DNA from: Octopus bimaculoides | Lineage: Eukaryota | Reading direction: 5' to 3' | Length of the DNA stretch: 64,000 nucleotides | NCBI RefSeq assembly: GCF_001194135.2 | Contig: NC_068986.1 | Coordinates: forward strand, 99,150,283-99,214,282 | Translations under genes and position numbers: made by a program | Part shown: piece by piece, positions 60,880 through 64,000 of the stretch | Layout of the letters: every line of letters begins with the position of its first letter | Position numbering within the stretch: position 1 is the stretch's first letter | Notes under the pieces: model-generated | The model's input: the letters and a program-made list of their open reading frames with translations, nothing else | Database searches by the model: none | What the model was told of the DNA's origin: nothing

Positions 60880-61140
60880 GCTGGTCTCGAGATCATCTTT
60901 CTCCCGGAAAAGAGACTGTTGATGATAATTAGATGCAGCTCTATGCAAAAACTCCAACTGAAGCCGCTCATTTTTCTTGCAATTTCCAACGTCATGTTAT
61001 CCAAGAATTCCTTTCTAGGCTTCTGAACCTTAGCCTACTGTAGTGTCGATGCCACCAAGGATAATGACCATGTCATCCACAGGAGTGTCTTGTGGTAGGC
61101 TGTGAAGGTCAGCATAGTACTTGTCTTTAACAGGCTAAAA
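60880..61140 (-). mobile_element. RTE apurinic endonuclease fragment
   Basis: KDKYYADLHSLPQDTPVDDMVIILG..VG..GILG.HDVGNC; degenerate. Confidence 0.7.
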
Positions 61141-61199
61141 TTTGCCTTTGCAGAAGAAAACCTTTCAGAACCTTAGTGTGGTTTTAGAGTGAACAGGAG

Positions 61200-62060
61200 T
61201 CCCACCAACTTGGTCTTTATTCTCAGACAGCGCCAAGAGAAATGCAGAGAGCAGAACAAAGGACTGTATATTACTATTATCGACCCCCACCAAAATACTT
61301 GACACTGGACAGAAAAGGTCTATGCAAATCCTGGAGCATGTTGGCTGTCCCCTACAAATTCTTCAACATGATCATGCAGCTGCATGAAAGCCTGAAGGGC
61401 CAGATCATATATGGCATCGCCCTATCTGAGCCCTTCCCTGTTAGCAATGGTGCGAAGAAAAGTGTATTCACATATTAACCCTTTTCACCATCTTCAGTAG
61501 GCCACTGAATATCTTGGCAATGGAGACATCTTCATTCAGTACCATACTGCTGGCAAACTCTTTGACTGAGACACCTGTAATTTCACATGGAAACACTAGA
61601 ACAAGCCAGCCATGCTTTCTGCAGATGATGTTGCTTTTGTTGCACACAGAGACAGCCCTGCAATGCATCACTTCTTGCTGTGCAGAAGTTACCAGGCACT
61701 TTGGCCTAGAAATCAGTTTAAAGTAAATGGAAGTCCTACATTAACCTGCACCAAGCCAGGAAACTACTCCACTCACATCACCATTGGGGAAACTAAAGAC
61801 AGTCAACCATTTCACCTACCTAGGGAGCACCACCTTTTTAGATGTCAAAATTGAAAACAGACTGGTTAAGGCCAATACTGCCTTCAGTAGACTACAAAAG
61901 AATCTGGGACTATAAACATCTGAAGAAAATGACCAAGATTACTGTGTACAAAAGTGTCGTTCTGACTACCGTCTAGTACGGCTTAGTCGCGGGTCCTCTG
62001 AACAATTCCATCAGTGCTGCCTTCACATCATCCATTGGAGTGACTTTATCAAAAACGCTG
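61200..62060 (+). mobile_element. BovB-like RTE reverse transcriptase fragments
   Basis: LDRKGL, PYKFFNMIMQLHE, PFPVSNG, LSADDVAFVAH, FGLEISLK. Confidence 0.82.
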
Positions 62061-62199
62061 AAGGGGTTATGATACTCTTTTTAATTTCAGTCAGTCAGAT
62101 GCGGCCAGATTTATCACGTTCACTCATCATTAAAAAAAAAAATGTTGATTCATTATTTTGTGTGAATAATAAACAAGTTACGCAACTTTTTATTAATGA

Positions 62200-63010
62200 A
62201 AAAAAAAAAAAAAAATGAAACAAAGGAATATTGCCAAGATACTGAGAAAAAAGAATTCTATGAAGAAATTCATCTCTTTTAGAGGAATATTCAAAAGACG
62301 TATGCTATGGTAAGAAACAATGAACCATCATTTACACATGGTTGACCTCAAACTGTTATTTGCAAAAAAAACTGACAACTAGAAATGTTACAGCAAGCAG
62401 TACTTGGATGTACCAAAGTAATTAATATGATATTTAGATTAGAGAAATGTGTCATGAGGAAAACTCATTAAGGACACTGATATTATGCTAGATAATGAAA
62501 CTGAGATAAGATATAGAATTACTTAAGAATCAAGGAAACAGTGTATAGTACACAACTAAGGAAAGTAAAGATAAGGAAGGAATATTGATTTCAAATTTTG
62601 GCACAAGGCCACCAATTTCGTGCGAGGAGGTAAATCAATTACATCGATTCCAGTGTTCAACTGGTATTTATTTTATCGACCCTGGAAGGATGAATGGCAA
62701 AGTCGAAATTTGAACTCGGTACGTAAAGACGGACGAAATACCGCTAAGCATTTTGGCCGGCGCAACAACGATTCTGCGAACTCGCCGCCTTAGATAAGGA
62801 AGGAATATTAAAGACTTTATATTAATTAAAACATTATATTATTAAAACAGAGCTAAGTAAAGTGATATCCATCACTACTCCAGTTGTTCTAGTAATGAGT
62901 TTAAGTTATGGCATTTTTGATTGGATGCTAAATGAACTTGCGAGACTAGACAGAAAAGCGAGAAAAATAATGACTGCATTTAGACTACACTGATGTTGAT
63001 AGTCTGTCGT
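62200..63010 (+). mobile_element. R4/Dong-clade non-LTR RT fragment interrupted by a SINE
   Basis: NHHLHMVDLKLLFAK (degenerate YMDDLKL), INMIFRLEKC, LSYGIFDWMLNELARLDRKARKIMT. Confidence 0.7.
62587..62791 (-). mobile_element. SINE family B with perfect 18-bp TSD
   Basis: AGATAAGGAAGGAATATT at 62569-62586 and 62792-62809. Confidence 0.93.
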
Positions 63011-64000
63011 ATGAGTCCGTGCAGGCAATCCTAACGTCTGAATCGAATATGCGGCGTACCTCTGTGTGTGTGTGTGTGTGTGTGTGTGTTATATTCATGC
63101 CTAAGTATCCATTTCCACACGCATAATCACACGCAAATACATACATTCATGCATACATACGTACATAGAAATACATGCAACACAGGCATTTAGACCTTTT
63201 AAGCATTGTTAAAATACACACTTATACGTACAACCGTTTACGTACATACACACACAGACACACACAAACACACACGCTCGCACACACATACACCACACAC
63301 ACTCACACAGACACACACACACATACACACACATACGGACATAAGCTAAGGCATCGATGTCGCCGTGTTTGTGATAATAGTATGTGAGAGAGACATAACC
63401 ATATATAGAAATCCGTTGACGTTGGTATAAAAACGAATTCACTGAAACTGCCCTGTCAGTACATTTCATACACTTTTTAGGCATCATTTACCCCACTATA
63501 TCACCAGTTAAAATGTCAATGTCATTAAGGAAATTTATGTTCTCCATAAATCTTGTATTTTTGGGATTTTTCTTGCTGATTTTGTTTCAATGTATAGTCA
63601 CGTTGGCAGAAGCTAAGGTAGGTTGATTGTTACTTCTGATATTACATTTCAAATATATAGATAAAACAACTTTTCTCACTCCATAATACTCTATTAACCT
63701 CCAATTCCCTCCAGCATTCCATGAGGATATTACATTTTTTTGTCAGTCTTTATGTCTTAACTTCAGCTTGTAATGTGGAGTCTTTTTCCAGAATATAGTT
63801 CCCCTAAAAATTATATGTTTCAAAATCCCTTTATCATATTAACTACGTCACTTGTTCACTTCATTTTGCTATATCGCAAGAGAACTTCTAAGTTCACAGA
63901 ATTTGCTAAGTCTAAAATCTCACCATCACTCCGATTGTCTCTACAAGACATATACAAAATTTGTTTAAGAAACTTTCGAGATACCTTTAAAGCCAGGAAC

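Overview
AT-rich, intron- and microsatellite-rich eukaryotic DNA with eight N gaps. The SINE/LINE repertoire points to an octopus genome (inference). Two complete genes, reconstructed by hand from splice sites and phases, lie head-to-head 7.2 kb apart: WDR74 (minus strand, 10 coding exons, 41803 to 27299, 384 aa) and MRPS22 (plus strand, 8 coding exons, 49038 to 60630, 355 aa). A weakly supported third minus-strand gene may run off the left edge. The rest is mostly transposon-derived: several tRNA-type SINE families; RTE, BovB-like RTE, R4 and HERO LINE fragments; mariner/Tc1 relics; a piggyBac MITE; a deleted Merlin (IS1595-like) transposon; and two GGTA-terminated, 8-bp-TSD foldback MITEs that each carry a telomere-like four-tract G-quadruplex motif. 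The most unusual signal is at 42758-42820, downstream of the HERO fragment. It contains every invariant hammerhead ribozyme nucleotide and all three stems, but in a strand order that is not one of the three known circular permutations. No bacterial-type systems, CRISPR arrays, rRNA or true tRNA genes were seen. Repeat boundaries are approximate unless a TSD is given.
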